Shown one piece after another: positions 38,328 to 51,039 of a stretch of 64,000 bases of DNA. Within the stretch, counting starts at the first letter, position 1. Each line of letters opens with the position of its first letter. The stretch spans positions 62,932,001 through 62,996,000 of the forward strand of contig NC_058368.1 of NCBI RefSeq assembly GCF_018350175.1. Reading direction: 5' to 3'. The position numbers and the translations under genes were made by a program. A model generated the notes under the pieces. That model was not told where the DNA came from. It did no database searches and saw only the letters and a list, made by a program, of their open reading frames with translations. This DNA comes from Felis catus (taxonomy: Eukaryota).

Positions 38328-38753
38328 AGTGTGGCAACCAGGGAACTGTGTCGCTCAGATATGCTGTGGGGAACATAGTTAACAGACAGCCCAACTGCTA
38401 TCCTTATCTATCCACTGTTGCATTTGTATTGAGGTCACACTGTCCTCAGGCTTCTCTGTGAGTAAGCACAACAGGGATTCTATGAAAGCTTACTACTGCA
38501 AGACCTGGGACTCCTGTGATATGTAACTTAAGGTAGGAGATTCTCTGTTAACCTATCTTAACCTTGGTTAGAAATATGCTCTATTCCAAGACTCCTTCAC
38601 CCAGTCCTTCTTTCCTCCCCACTCTATTTTCATAGGAGTTAGACTTGCATGTAGTTAACTCTCCCCACCTCACCCCCTTTTTCTTCCATAGGCCTTCCCC
38701 CCAATAAAATTTTATACATCAAATCCCATCTGTTAGAGCACCTGAAATTAACA
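38328..38753 (+). mobile_element. LTR16A-like (ERV-L) LTR; possible internal sequence upstream
   Basis: Starts TGTGGCAACCAGGG; ends CCCCAATAAAATTTTATACATCAAATCCCATCT..CCTGAAATTAACA. Confidence 0.55.
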
Positions 38754-38824
38754 GGTGATTCCACTTCTGAAGAACAGATTTCTTTCATGCTTACTTTTTT
38801 TCCACCATGTTAAAAAAAAAGTGT

Positions 38825-39212
38825 GCTAGCATTACAATAACAAAGTATCACCGACTGGGTAGTTGGTAGAATTTATTGTGTCACAGTTTGGGAGGCTAAA
38901 AGTCTAAGATCAAATTGTGTGAGGATTGGTTCCTTTACAGAGTTTTTGGGGGAAAATTTGTTCCATGCCTGTCTTCCAGCTTCTGGTAAACTGCTAGCAA
39001 TTTTGGGTGTTCTTTGCAGACGGTGTTCCTTTTCTATCTTAATATCCTCTTCTTTCTATAGGTGTCTTCATGCCAGACATACTGGATTAGAGGCTTACCC
39101 TACTTAATCATATCTGCAATGACCCTCTTAATAAATCAGGTTACTTTATGAAGTGCCAGGGGTTAGAACTTCAACCTATGAATTTTGAGAAAACACAACT
39201 CAAACCTGAACA
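38825..39212 (-). mobile_element. MaLR solo LTR (MLT1C-like)
   Basis: AATTTATTGTGTCACAGTTTGGGAGGCTAAAAGTCTAAGATCAA..TTCCATGCCTGTCTTCCAGCTTCTGGT..GGGGTTAGAACTTCAACCTATGAATTT. Confidence 0.82.
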
Positions 39213-40659
39213 TCAAACATGTCACCTAACCACCTCCTCATGGGCCACATGAACAAAACCACCATGTCTGCAGGAATGGTGAATATTTGAGGGTGACATG
39301 GTTAGAATTACAGCCCTTGTCTCAGAGCAAGTATTTAATACTGCTTGTTGATATTAAAGCATTTCAGCCAGTCACCTCTCAAGGGACAGATTGCCTCAAT
39401 AGACAATCGCCCACTTAGTGTCCACCTCCCAAGATTTCACTGGTTTATCTTCCCCTCCCATTTTCCCTTCTTTCTTGTCTTCGTCTCTCCTTTCCTTGGG
39501 GAAGAGAAACCAATCCTTCTCATTTTGTTTCATATCTAATAACCATTGCCCTAGAGTAACAAATAGGACTACTGTAATAAACAGGTCTAGTCTCCTTGGA
39601 TGCAAAATGCACCTTGAAATAATATTTTACCCTCCTCCTTCAGGCAGCAGACAAGCAATATAAAATGTTATCACAGGAGCTCATGGAGTATACAACAGAA
39701 ATTTATTGCTTCATAAGACTGATAGCTCTAGAATACAGTGAAACACAAATGGGATATGGCACATTTTATAGTAAGGTAATTTTTCTTAAAAACATTCTTT
39801 ATTGTAAGGTTTTCTACCCTTTAGGAAAACATTAGTATTGATAGTTGATCAACAGTTTAATGTCAGGTGAAATGTAATTTATCCTCCCATAATTTCTCAT
39901 TTTCATAACTACTTTCTCTCTGACAGAGGTTCCAGTTTTATACCTAGGGGACTATTCAGAACAGCATTGAATAATTAACTGACAAATATTCCCCAGTTCA
40001 GGCAGAGCTGCATTGCTCTTGGAATCCACATTTACCAAGTTAATGCAAACTAGCAATCCCAGTGAGATAACATCCCCTGTGGATTATGTGAATTTTGTCT
40101 ATTTTGCTCTGTTCTCTATCTGAACGCCAATTTTGGATAATTGTACTCTTTAAGAGAAAGAAATTAGGACACTTAAGTATGGCAAAAAAAAGTATTTTGC
40201 TTTTAGCTGACCCTTAAATAGCTCAGGATTAAGTGGTATATTGAATTCAAGTACAATGTAAGTTTATCTAGCAGCCTGCCCGTTAAAATTACCATATTGC
40301 CATAGCATAGGATAATCGTAGGTATGATGGACATCAATACCAACGTACACACCACATCAAAGTAATTTCCCAAGCAGACTATTACTTTCCTTATTGGGAC
40401 CTGGAACTAGGTGTTAATAGAGTAAACTGACATTACCTTTTCTAATACATAAAGGGCTGTCTTGCTTTCCTTTCAGTTATGGAGCTTAGAAATCCAAGAA
40501 TTGTTATAAACTTCCCACTTTCCCTCACCTCCTCTTTCTATTTTCCAAGACCCTTTTCCTGCTTTCCTTACCATCTCTTCTCCCTACAACTAGAATTTTT
40601 AAATAATAAGGCTAGAAAGAAACTTAAATACATACTCTTGTTATAAGTATTCATGGTTT

Positions 40660-40869
40660 GGGGCACCTGGGTGGCTCAGTCGGTTAAGCGTCCGACTTCG
40701 GCTCAGGTCATGATCTTACAGTCTGTGAGTTCGAGCCCCGGGTCGGGCTCTGTGCTGACAGCTCAGAGCCTGGAGCCAGTTCCAGATTCTGTGTCTCCCT
40801 CTCTCTGACCATCACCCATTCATGCTCCGTCTCACTCTGCCTCAAAAATAAATAAACGTTAAAAAAAAA
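40660..40869 (+). mobile_element. Felid Can-SINE, fairly young
   Basis: CpG-retaining body; perfect TSD AAGTATTCATGGTTT at 40645-40659 and 40870-40884. Confidence 0.96.
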
Positions 40870-41319
40870 AAGTATTCATGGTTTGCTTTGTTTTTTACAT
40901 GATTAATGCAATCTTCATACCACCCCATGTCAGCATGGAGACGTTCTGGATTGTAGACCATGTCTTAAAAGAGGCTCTTTCTGTTTTAAATCCTTGTAAG
41001 CAATGTCCAAGTTCTCAATTTCCCCTTTGAAATGAAATAAAAAACCTTGTCTGTACCTGCTGATTCCCCTTTTTTTTTTTTAACTCTCCACCTTTTTCCT
41101 GTTAAAATACAGGATTCATGTTACAGATTATGTAGTACTAATATGTGTGTATCCGGCATAAAAATAATACAATGAATGCCGATACCAAGGTTGGCCACAG
41201 AGTAGAGCATCAATGGAATATCTGAATTTCTCTGTAAATTTTTCACAATTACATTTCTGGTTGTCTTCCTAGAGGTAAAACTTTGTCTTTGGGCTATTTG
41301 TGGACATAGACTGGCTTAT

Positions 41320-42622
41320 TTATTTTTTTTTTTTTACTTAATTGTTTCGTTTTTATTTTTCATTTGTTTTCGGTTCAGGAGTAGAATTTAGTGATTAATC
41401 ACTTAGATATAATACCCGGTGCTCAACACAATAAGTGCCATCCTTAATATCCATCACCTATTCCCTACCCACCTTCCCTCCAGAAACCCTCAATTTGTTC
41501 TCTATAGTTGAGTCTCTTATGATTTGCTTTTTTTTCCTCCCTTTTCCTATGTTCATCTATTTCTTAAATTACATGTTAGTGAAACAATGTTTTTCTCATT
41601 TGTTTTTCTGAGCATATAATACTCTCCATGTTGTTGCAAATGGCTGAATTTCACAATTTTTGATGGTTGAGTAATATTCCATTGTATATATGCTATTTTT
41701 TCTTTATCCATTCATCAATTGATGGACATTTGGGGTCTTTCCATGACTTGGCTATTGTTGATAATGCTGCTATAAACATTCGGGTGTGTGTGTCCTTTGA
41801 ATCAGTATTTTTAGATCTTTACAGTAAATACCTAATAGTGCAATTGCTGGATCATAGGGTAGTTCTACTTTTAACTTTTTGAGGAACCTCCATACTGTTC
41901 TCCAGAGTGGCTGTACCACTTTGAATTGCCACTAACAGTGTAAGAGGGTTCCCATTTCTCTGTATCCTCACCAACATCTGTTGTTTCCTGAGTTGTTAAT
42001 TTTAGCCATCTTGACAGGTGTAAGGTGGTATCTCATCGTGGTTTTGATTTGCATCTTCCTGATGATGAGTGACGTTCATCTTTTCCTGTGTCTGTTGGCC
42101 GTCTGGATGTTGTCTTTGGAAAAATGTGTACTCATGTCTTCTGCCCATTTCTTAAATTTTTTTCTGTTTATTTTTGACAGAGCATGAGTGGGAGAGGGGC
42201 AGAGAGAGAGGGAGACACAGAATCTGAAACAGGCTCCAGGCTGTCAGCACAGAGCCCTATGTGGGGCTCGAACTCACTGCAAGATGATGACTTAAGCTGA
42301 AGTTGGATGCTCAACTGATTGAGCCACCCAGGCGCCCCTCTTCTGCCCATTTCTTAACTGGGTCATTTGTTTTGGGGTATTGAGTTTGATAAATACTTTA
42401 TAGATTTTGAATACTAACCCTTGATCAGATATGTAATTTGCAAATAACTTCTTCCATTCTATAGACTGTCTTTTAGTTGATAGTTTCCTTTGCTGTGCAG
42501 AAGCTTTTTATCTTGATGAAGTCCCAATAGTTCATTTTGCTTTTGTTTCTCTTGACTCTGGAGACATTCCTAATAATAAGTTGCTGCCTGTGTTCTCCTC
42601 TAGGATTTTGATTGTTTCCTAT
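41320..42622 (-). mobile_element. LINE-1 (carnivore/felid), 5'-truncated, about 1.1 kb
   Basis: Poly-T tail, 3' UTR and ORF2 end similar to the 61-62 kb copy; TSD CTGGCTTAT at 41311 and 42623. Confidence 0.92.
42156..42338 (-). mobile_element. Can-SINE inside L1
   Basis: Perfect 19-bp TSD TCTTCTGCCCATTTCTTAA at 42137-42155 and 42339-42357. Confidence 0.95.
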
Positions 42623-43315
42623 CTGGCTTATATTTTAGCACAGTTCCTTTACAGAGAAGAAAAACACAAAAAATACAGAAACATTTTAAAGTAATGTGTG
42701 AAGAAATTCAAATGTTAACAAGGGAGAGTGTTCTTTAAGAACAGTGAACCTAATATTCTAGGCCTGCCTTCTAAGCATTAATCAGGAGTCATAAGTTTGA
42801 GAAGTTAGGTGGGGTATGGAAAATGGGAGGTTTAGTGGCTGAAATCTTCAGAGCATCCTACAAGAATAAGTAACAAAACTGGATTGCAGAGCTAAGATGA
42901 GAGGTCTTGGTAAATACTTTGAATGTGGTAGAGAATGTGAGGAAGAGAAGGAATAACAAATAGATAAGCCTAGCTACAAATTAACTTAAACTCTACTCAG
43001 ATTGACATTTGCCCCTCCCCTAAATGCATATTAAAAACAAAAATTCCCTTTAGAGAAGATGACTCAGGTCTTTAAAATTTCTCTGCAATATTTTAAACAC
43101 ATCTGGAATTAAATCAAACTTACCTGGAATATCCACAGGTAAAGATGGATATGAAAAGCCAAAAATAAAAACACAACAAAGATACCTGAAGATCAAGATT
43201 GGTTTAATAAGGCACTGTTAGTAATTCATTAAAATGTTAAAAATTTTTGAGAAAACAGAAAATACTTTGAGAGAATTTTACAGAAGTAAAAAATTTTTAA
43301 AGTCAAATGGGTTAA

Positions 43316-43503
43316 AGGTCACCTGGGTGGCTCAATCAGTTGAGCTGACTTGATTTCACCTCAGGTCATAGTCTCACAGTTGTGAGATCAAGCCCCGTGT
43401 CAGTATCTGCATGGAGGTTGCTTGGGATTCTCTGTCTCCTCTCCCTCTCCCCTGTTCATGTGTTTAATCTCTCTGTGCCTCTCTCTCAAAAAAAAAAAGT
43501 TAG
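43316..43503 (+). mobile_element. Can-SINE, older
   Basis: CACCTGGGTGGCTCAATCAGTT head; TSD core TCAAATGGGTTA on both sides. Confidence 0.88.
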
Positions 43504-44032
43504 AAATCAAATGGGTTATACTTATAAAGTTGTGAAGTGTAATAACTGAACTTGAATACTCAATCTAAGAGTTTAAAAGATTTTATGTAGCCGAAGAAAA
43601 AAATTAAACTGGATAATAGGCCCAAATAAAATATTTAATCTGAAGCCTGGGTGGAAAGCTGCCTTACTGTGAGAATTTCTCTAAACATCCCATAGGATAG
43701 CATCTCCACTCTCATTTTTTTTTTTTTGGCTGACTTTCATTTATGGTGTCTTTTTCCCTTATCTATTTATTTTTTTGTATCTGGAAATTTACAAGAATTC
43801 TTTGTGGCCCCAGATGAGCATAATTCCTGAAGGAAAAAAAAGACATTTGCTTCTGGATATTTGAAAACATTTCCAATTGAGGATTTAATTAGAAACCAAG
43901 TAAGACTGAGGATAGAAACTCTGAAGAATGTATTTAGGCCTCAAAACGTGTGAACTAAGACTTGTGATCTAAAAGTACTTAGTATATTTTCTCTTGACTA
44001 GAGCCAAATTTGTAGCAAGTGTTTTTTTTTTT

Positions 44033-44065
44033 CATGTGTGTGTGCGCGTGTGCATGTGCACGTGT
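44033..44065. repeat. Alternating purine-pyrimidine tract, 33 bp
   Basis: CATGTGTGTGTGCGCGTGTGCATGTGCACGTGT read directly from the sequence. Confidence 0.85.
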
Positions 44066-44469
44066 CTTACATCACCTTTTCATTGACGATTTAGCTCTCT
44101 GCTAGATTCCCAGTGTTATATTAGGGTCTTTAATCCAGCTCCAGGCAATTTTATGGCCTAGATTTTTTGTTCTTCCTATCTGTTTTTGGCAGTTACAAAT
44201 AATGCTATTGGCAAATAAAAATAATTTTAGGCTTGGTATGCTGTTTGCTATGTGACAGCATGTCATAGAAATAATAATTCCCTTTCTGTTTTTTTGGTTT
44301 GGCCTTCAAAAATTTCCTTCACATTCTTCAGCAATGTTTAAAAAAGTTTTTAATGTTTAAAGAGCTAAATTTTTTTGTTAATATTTTGGGTGTTTTACTA
44401 AAGTCTTACGGTATAAGGAACTTTTAGTAGGAAAGATTTTAAGCCTACCATATTACCATTCTTCCTCAA

Positions 44470-46140
44470 ACTGCCCTGATTGCTTTCACCAAGGCCTCCA
44501 TATTGTTCAATCTAGTAAGTTTTGAGTTTTCCTTGAGTTATTCTTTGAGTTATTGGTTGCACATGCCCTCATTGATCACTCCTTCCTTCTTGATGTGCTT
44601 TCTCTACCTTCCTTCCAGAATACTCTTTATTTCTTCCTCATCATTCTTCCTCAGGTGTTAATATCAGACCCTCATTGTCTCAACACTAATGCATGATAAA
44701 ACTCAGAGGTTCTGTACTCAGTCTTACTTTCTGTTCTCTGTTTCTCTGGGACTTATCTCCTACACTCCCAAACTCTAAAAGATGAGTATCTTTAGTTCAA
44801 GGTAAAGTTAAAGTTGGGTACACACATTAGGAACCATCAGTGAGTGCACAGATGGTATATGAGCTTGACAGAGTATGAGATCAGTCCAGAGAAACGGCGA
44901 GTAAGACAGATTGACATCTCCATGTGTATGTCTAAAGAGCCTCCAATAAAACTCCAGATTCTATTCCTCACCAGTTCCTCCTCCTGTGTTCTGACACCTT
45001 TGAGTCAAGTGTGCTTTCAGTGGACACCTTCGTTTCTTTGGATGCTCAGGCCAAAAACCCATCAGTCATCCCAGACTACTTTTCACATCTCACATTTGAT
45101 CCGTATGAAAATACTGTAGCCTGTACCTTCCAAATAGCTGAAATTCGACCACTTTACTGCTGCACACTTCGTTCTCAGCTGGTTTGCACTTGCTGTCTCG
45201 TCTGCCTGGACTCTGAACACCACAAAACCACTTGGGAACCTGATCAGCAGTCTCCTCTTCAGACCTATCCTAACACCCCCCAATTCTACCCACCCCCCCC
45301 CAATTCTGCTGCCGTTCCCTTTGTGGAATTTCTCTCCATGTTACATACTGTGTATGGGTTTATTACTTGATTTTCCTCAAAAATTTAATGTGCATACATC
45401 ACCAGCTCCAGAACAAAACCTGGCATAGAGTAAATTACAAAAAACACACCACATAGTTAATAGGTATCATTTTATTGTATAGGAGATTGAGGCTAAAACA
45501 ATTTGTGTTTCCTAATGTCCCAGAGATGGTAGAATAGCTACAACTAAATCCTGATCATTTTAAAAGAATAACAGAAAAAAATGTTGTTTCTTATTGTCCC
45601 TTGCTGTGGTCATAAAAATTTCTTCACATGGTATCTGTGACTTCACAGTCTGACCCCAATCTGTCCTTTGAACCTCATCTCCCATATGAATCACTTTGCT
45701 TACAGAAGACCTATGTGAACCTCAGCTCTGTTCTAGCTGCCTTTCTCCAAAGAGGTCATGCCCTGTGGACACTGCTCCACCTCCTATTTCTCCCTTAGCC
45801 TGGGGGTGACCTCTTTCCCTATTTCTGGCTAATCAAATCTTCCACTGTCTTCGACTCAGGTCAAATGTCACTTACATCATTAAGTCAGATCATCCAGTCA
45901 TCTCAGTAAAAATTAATCTTTTTTCCATTTCAGGCACTGCCAAAGCACTTAGTTTTTATAGAACTTTTGGCACTTTACACTGTGCACCTTGTGTTGAATA
46001 CAATCCTATGCCTGCTTCTTCTGGAACCTCAGGAGACACGAAGCTTCTTGAGGACAGTATTTTGTGTATAATCACCTTTATAATCTTCCTTTAGGTCTTA
46101 ACAGTGTTGCATATACAGTCAGCCCTGAGTTAAATATTGC
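44470..46140 (+). mobile_element. L2 relics, fragmented
   Basis: TGACATCTCCATGTGTATGTCTAA, GATGCTCAGGCCAAAAACC, TCAGGTCAAATGTCACTT and AAGCTTCTTGAGGACAG are L2-like motifs. Confidence 0.55.
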
Positions 46141-46200
46141 AGAGGTGCTTTGAACTACTCCATCATATCCAGTTGTCCCTATAAGGAAAATATCCAATTC

Positions 46201-47140
46201 TTTTTTCTTTTTAAGTCAAAGATCTTCTGTTTGTTTTTAGACAAAGGCCTTATAAGAATCACAGATGAAAGATCATGCACAAACCACATTTTTCCCTCAA
46301 TGACAAAAAGACACGTTCAGTAATTTTTAAAACATCCATTTTTAGTGACCCAGCTAGCTGGAAAAATGTTGCTGGATTTTTTCTGGTCAGAGGGATGCTG
46401 CCTATCTTGGCTGTATTACCCACCACAAGAAGGAGAGCATAGATGGACTATGCTCATTTCAGACAACTAACTCTAACCAGCTTTGAAGAAGACATGGTTA
46501 AGCTGGAGATATAGTTGCAAACTTTGCTTCCTCCTCCTCCCCCGAGGAAGTGGACACAGAAGCACACATCCAGGAAGTTCTGGGTCAGTGAATTATTCGT
46601 GTTTTCACCAGCCAGACCTCATTGTGATGCCCGTATGGCTTCATGGGAGAGTCCTACCTGGTGCAAAAGTAGATGTCACTCTGGCACGTGGCTGTGCCCT
46701 CCAAGGTGGTCCGTAGCTGAGCGGCATGAGCTGTGCAGTCTGCTTGCTCGGTGTAGCCACCAAACTGCAGGGAATAGATGTGTTCCCTCTCCATCTTAAT
46801 GCTTTCATCAATGCAAACTGTCAGGTGGCTCTGAAACTGGTTTGGAATCCAGAACCAGACTTCGTAAATTTCTTCTGTAGGGAACCATCCTCACTGAGAA
46901 ATACAACAAAGGAGATAGGAACTGTCATCCCCATCCCGATTCCCTTGTCCTGGGGGCCTCCCACGTACTTCATGGCTTTGGGCAATGCTTTCCGTAGAGC
47001 CTCATCCACAGGCTTATCTCTCAGTTCCACTGTGGCAAACCACCGGCTTTCACAGGTTGCATCTTCATAGGAGACTTCTTCCTTGCCAACAGTCTGAAAC
47101 AGCAAGTTCTTGACCATGCTCAGCATAATGTGGCTGTGGG
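46201..47140 (-). pseudogene. HEBP1: Processed pseudogene of heme-binding protein 1 (HEBP1/p22HBP, SOUL family)
   Basis: ATG at 47126 gives [69 protein letters not shown]. After a +2 frameshift near 46865 the frame reads [47 protein letters not shown]. Intronless, premature TAG at 46654-56, original stop now CGA at 46597-99, probable 3' UTR down to a T-run (poly-A remnant) at 46201-46212. Confidence 0.95.
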
Positions 47141-48221
47141 ACTCTTTTTTTTCTGACTGGTTTCCAAGGTACTATAATGATGAATACTACAACCAATAGC
47201 ACTTATTTACAACATGTTTTCCAGTAAAACCACATTACTTAAAAACGAGAACAGATATTAAGAGAAAATACATAAAGAAGCAAATGTGGGGCGGTCAAAC
47301 ATGTATCTAGGAGGGAAATTCTCCCTGAGACGTGAAGGGAAATTGTCTGCCCAGACTGTTTAGTTCTTTAATTCTGGCCTGTATCAAGTCCAGTGGATTT
47401 TCAGCTTTTATTGTACATATGCTTTAACCCATGGGAGCTTGAAGTATATATCAGGTAAAGCAGATATGTTGATTCAGGTAATTCTGAAGGTACTTTGTTG
47501 GAGATAGTGTAAGTTGGTAAATACGGGAAAGATAGAGTTCAGACTAGCAAGAACCTTATCATACTAAGACACTTGTATCCATTCCTTACGCATATGAAGA
47601 ACAAATGAAGGATTTTGAGCAGGGAAGGAACTTAACCATATTTGACATTTCAGAATTTAACATCAGATTTAGCAGGAAATATAAAACTGTCTAGGGAAGA
47701 AATTTGAGTCATGAAGTTTGTTAGAGTAAAAAAAAAAATGAAAGGTTCATTCTTGGCAGATCAGCAATAGTTGGGGGTGGGGGGCGACCCATAAACGATG
47801 GCAAATTTAGACCACAGACCCTACAAAAATAATTTATTAAAGTATTGACTAATTCTGGTTTCATTAACTTTTATGGAATGCTTACGACAAATCTTGCACC
47901 TAAGAATATAGTGCTATTAAAGTGTTATATAGTGAATTATTTTACCCTGTCAAGGAGAGGAGAGTAATGGCTGCAGCTGAGAAGGAGCAGTGAGGGTTAA
48001 CTGAGGTGAAGAAAGAAAAGAAGGGTATTTCAAACTGTACCAATAGCCTGCCCAACTCCAGTGGCCGGACAGGGCTTGGCAAGTATGAGAAACTGGTTTA
48101 GGTCCAGTAGTGACTTCAGAAGACAGTAAGAGGGCTCATGGTATTAGAGGAGACTGAAGAGACTGGTAAGGGCTAGACAAGGAAGGATGCTGTAGATCAT
48201 GTTATGAATTTCTCTTTTTTA

Positions 48222-48282
48222 GGTGTTGTTATTTAAATTCTAGATAGTTAACAGTATGGTAAAAATTGGTTTCAGGTGTAGT
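48222..48282 (-). mobile_element. LINE-1 extreme 3' end, about 60 bp
   Basis: TTATTTAAATTCTAGATAGTTAACAGT..TTGGTTTCAGGTGTAG resembles the antisense 3' terminus of carnivore L1. Confidence 0.6.
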
Positions 48283-48916
48283 ATGGGGCTTAGAAAATAA
48301 ATTCATTTGCATGAGGCCACCTTAAGCACTCAGGATATCTGTTCGGGACCATATGGGGCCTTCTCACTTGTATCCAGGAGATGGGATGTGCATAAGCATT
48401 GTTGGATGCCTTTTGTGGCCAACCTAGTGTGTATGTGCCCTCAAGATCTCTAGCGTGCTTTATGGAGTAATATATATTCTCTGTACATTAGAGGGCTGGG
48501 ATTGTGCTAAACCATCTTGAGATTACTGGACTGAAGTAGTAATTACATTCATTTTTTTCTGAGGACCATGAGAAGGCAATTGATGGTCTCAATATATTTG
48601 TGTTTTAAAGAAACATTCTGGCTGCAGATTGGTGGAATAAGGGATTCTGGAGGGAATTCATGAAGCATTTGCTTTGCTGACTGTTGTAAAGGGCACATCT
48701 CCAGATCTTACACCAATTAGGTCATGATGGAAATGGGAAAAATTGGGGGGGTGGTTGGACATGAAAAGATGATCATGTAACTTAAAACTAAATACAGCTG
48801 ATTGGATGTTGAAGATGAGAAGTGAGCAGTTGAGCCAAGGGTTCCCAAGTCATCTGAAAGAAGAGGAAAACTAATCAGTGTGGTGGTAACAAGTTGAATA
48901 GAAAGTTAAAAAATCT

Positions 48917-49137
48917 GGGGCGCCTGGGTGGCGCAGTCGGTTAAGCGTCCGACTTCAGCCAGGTCACGATCTCGCGGTCTGGGAGTTAGAGCCCCGGGTC
49001 AGGCTCTGGGCTGATGGCTCAGAGCCTGGAGCCTGTTTCCGTATCTGTGTCTCCCTCTCTCTCTGCCCCTCCCCCGTTCATGCTCTGTCTCTCTCTGTCC
49101 CAAAAATAAATAAAAAAATGTTGAAAAAAAAATAAAA
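48917..49137 (+). mobile_element. Young felid SINE (SINEC_Fc type)
   Basis: GGGGCGCCTGGGTGGCGCAGTCGGTTAAGCGTCCGACTTCAGCCAGGTCACGATCTCGCGG head; perfect 17-bp TSD AGAAAGTTAAAAAATCT at 48900-48916 and 49138-49154. Confidence 0.97.
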
Positions 49138-50064
49138 AGAAAGTTAAAAAATCTGTATTGGCCATCAGGAAGTTGAAAATGTAGATCTGAAAAAGTTAAA
49201 AGTTGGAGGTTAGTGATTTCCATTATTTACAGAGGAACAATGACAAAACGTAGTAAGGGTTAGTTGCTATAATTTGCAATTTCATCTAGTATTCAAAATA
49301 CCACAGGATAAATAATATCAGGACGCCAATTTACAGATGAGATAAGCAAGGCTTATAGCATGTAATTTGCATAGGATCTGATTTCAAAATTTGCCTTCTT
49401 GAATTACCATCATTTTGTGCCTCTATGAATGGATAAGGTTGCAAAACAAAGAGAAAAAGAATCTCCAGCAAGGGATAATGAAAACAGAAGACTGAGAACC
49501 ATATAGAGAGAGCCAGACACTGAAGTACTATTGAAGTCCATGGTGGAGATTTCATGATTTTGAATACTGATGTTAATGAAGTGTGTTAACCTTGTAGAGT
49601 ACCCGAGGAATTGAAAGCAAGTTATTTTCTTTGCCATTTAAAACATTTTGTTGAGCAAGTAATCTCTGCCAGGTACTTTTCCAGCTGCTACAAATAGAAT
49701 AGTGAACAACACAGTAAAATCACCTAGTAGCAAGCAATTAAATTCTAGTAGGACATAGATAATAAGCAGGCATGCAATTTTTAAGACGCATTAAGTGAGG
49801 AGCTCACAAGAATTACCAAAGAGAAGTAGTCTCTGGGGTGGAAGCCAGATAGCCAGGAGTTGACAAAATCAGAGGAGGTAATGCTGGAGTGGGATAAGGG
49901 GAGCGTGATTACTGGTTCACATTGTGTTAAGAGAAAGAATGTAATGTACAGACTACTGATGTTGATAATGTACAAAAACCATACAGGGATGGGACTACAT
50001 GCATTTGAGTGGTCCTTGGATATGTGTGATTTCTTTTATGCAGTTTCCAACTAATAGGTAAAAA

Positions 50065-50277
50065 AAAAATTCTACTTTAACCTAACATACGTTAGTTGTA
50101 TATAATGAATTGATTAAACAATTCTATACATTATTCAGTGTTTACCACAATGAGTATACTCACCATACAATGTTACAATATTATCACTAATTCTCCATGC
50201 TGTACCTTATATCTCCATGATTTATAACTTGAAGTTTGTTGCTCTTAATCCTCTTTATTTTTTTTTTAATGTTTATT

Positions 50278-50318
<41 letters not shown>

Positions 50319-51018
50319 AGCAGAGAGAGAGAGGGAGACACAGAATCTGAAGCAGGCTCCAGGCTCTGAGCTGTCAGCACAGAGCCCGATGTGGGGCTTA
50401 AACTCACAAACCGTGAGATCATGACCTGAGCTGAAGTCGGACGCTTACCGCTTACTGACTGAGCCACCCAGGATCTCCTCTTAATCCCCTTTATTTCCCC
50501 CATCCCCCTACTTTATTTCCCCCCTTCTCTTTGGCAACTACCAGTTCTCTGAGTCTTTTTTTGTCCATTTTTAAGTGAAATCATGTTATTTATCTTTCCT
50601 TGACTTCACTTAGCATTCCCCTCCAGCTCATACATGTTGTTGCAAATGGCAAGATTGCATTTTTTATGGCTGAGTAATTTTCCATGGTATATATACCACC
50701 TCTTTATCCACTTCTGGATGGACCCTTGAGTTGCTTCCATATCTTAGCTATTGTAAATAATGCTGCAGTGAATGTAGTGGTGCATATGTCTTTTTGAATT
50801 AGTATTCTTTTCTGTGGATGAACACCCACCAGTGGAATTACTGGATCATATGGTAATTCTATTTTTAATTTTTTTGGGAACCTCCATACTGCTTTCCACA
50901 GTGGCTTCATCAGTTTACATATATACCTGCACTTATTTCTTTCTTTGATTCCACTCATTCTGATGTAAGGTGATATCTTTATTGTAGTTTAGATTTGCAT
51001 TTCCCTGATGATTAGTAA
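50065..51018 (-). mobile_element. LINE-1 3' fragment
   Basis: ORF 50704-50958 (PLWKAVWRFPKKLKIELPYDPVIPLVG..FTAALFTIAKIWKQ) is the ORF2 C-terminus; 3' UTR motifs follow. Confidence 0.9.
50261..50477 (-). mobile_element. Can-SINE with (GA)n microsatellite at about 50281-50313
   Basis: 19-bp TSD CTCTTAATCCTCTTTATTT / CTCTTAATCCCCTTTATTT. Confidence 0.95.
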
Positions 51019-51039
51019 TAAGGTGGGAGGAAGTTCTAA

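Larger units (their letters stand above)
47560..49250 (-). mobile_element. L2 relics, interrupted
   Basis: GAAGGATTTTGAGCAGGGAAG, GTTTTAAAGAAACATTCTGGCTGCAG and CTGATTGGATGT are antisense L2 motifs. Confidence 0.55.

Noticed and set aside
46726..47070. 114-aa + strand ORF and neighbouring ORFs at 46483-46799
   Set aside because: Antisense shadows of the HEBP1 retrocopy.
48304..48480. Octamer plus TATA-like TATATAT as an snRNA-type promoter
   Set aside because: No convincing PSE and no recognisable snRNA body downstream.
48917..49000. tRNA-like A/B boxes at SINE heads
   Set aside because: Can-SINEs are tRNA-derived; no intact tRNA gene is evident.
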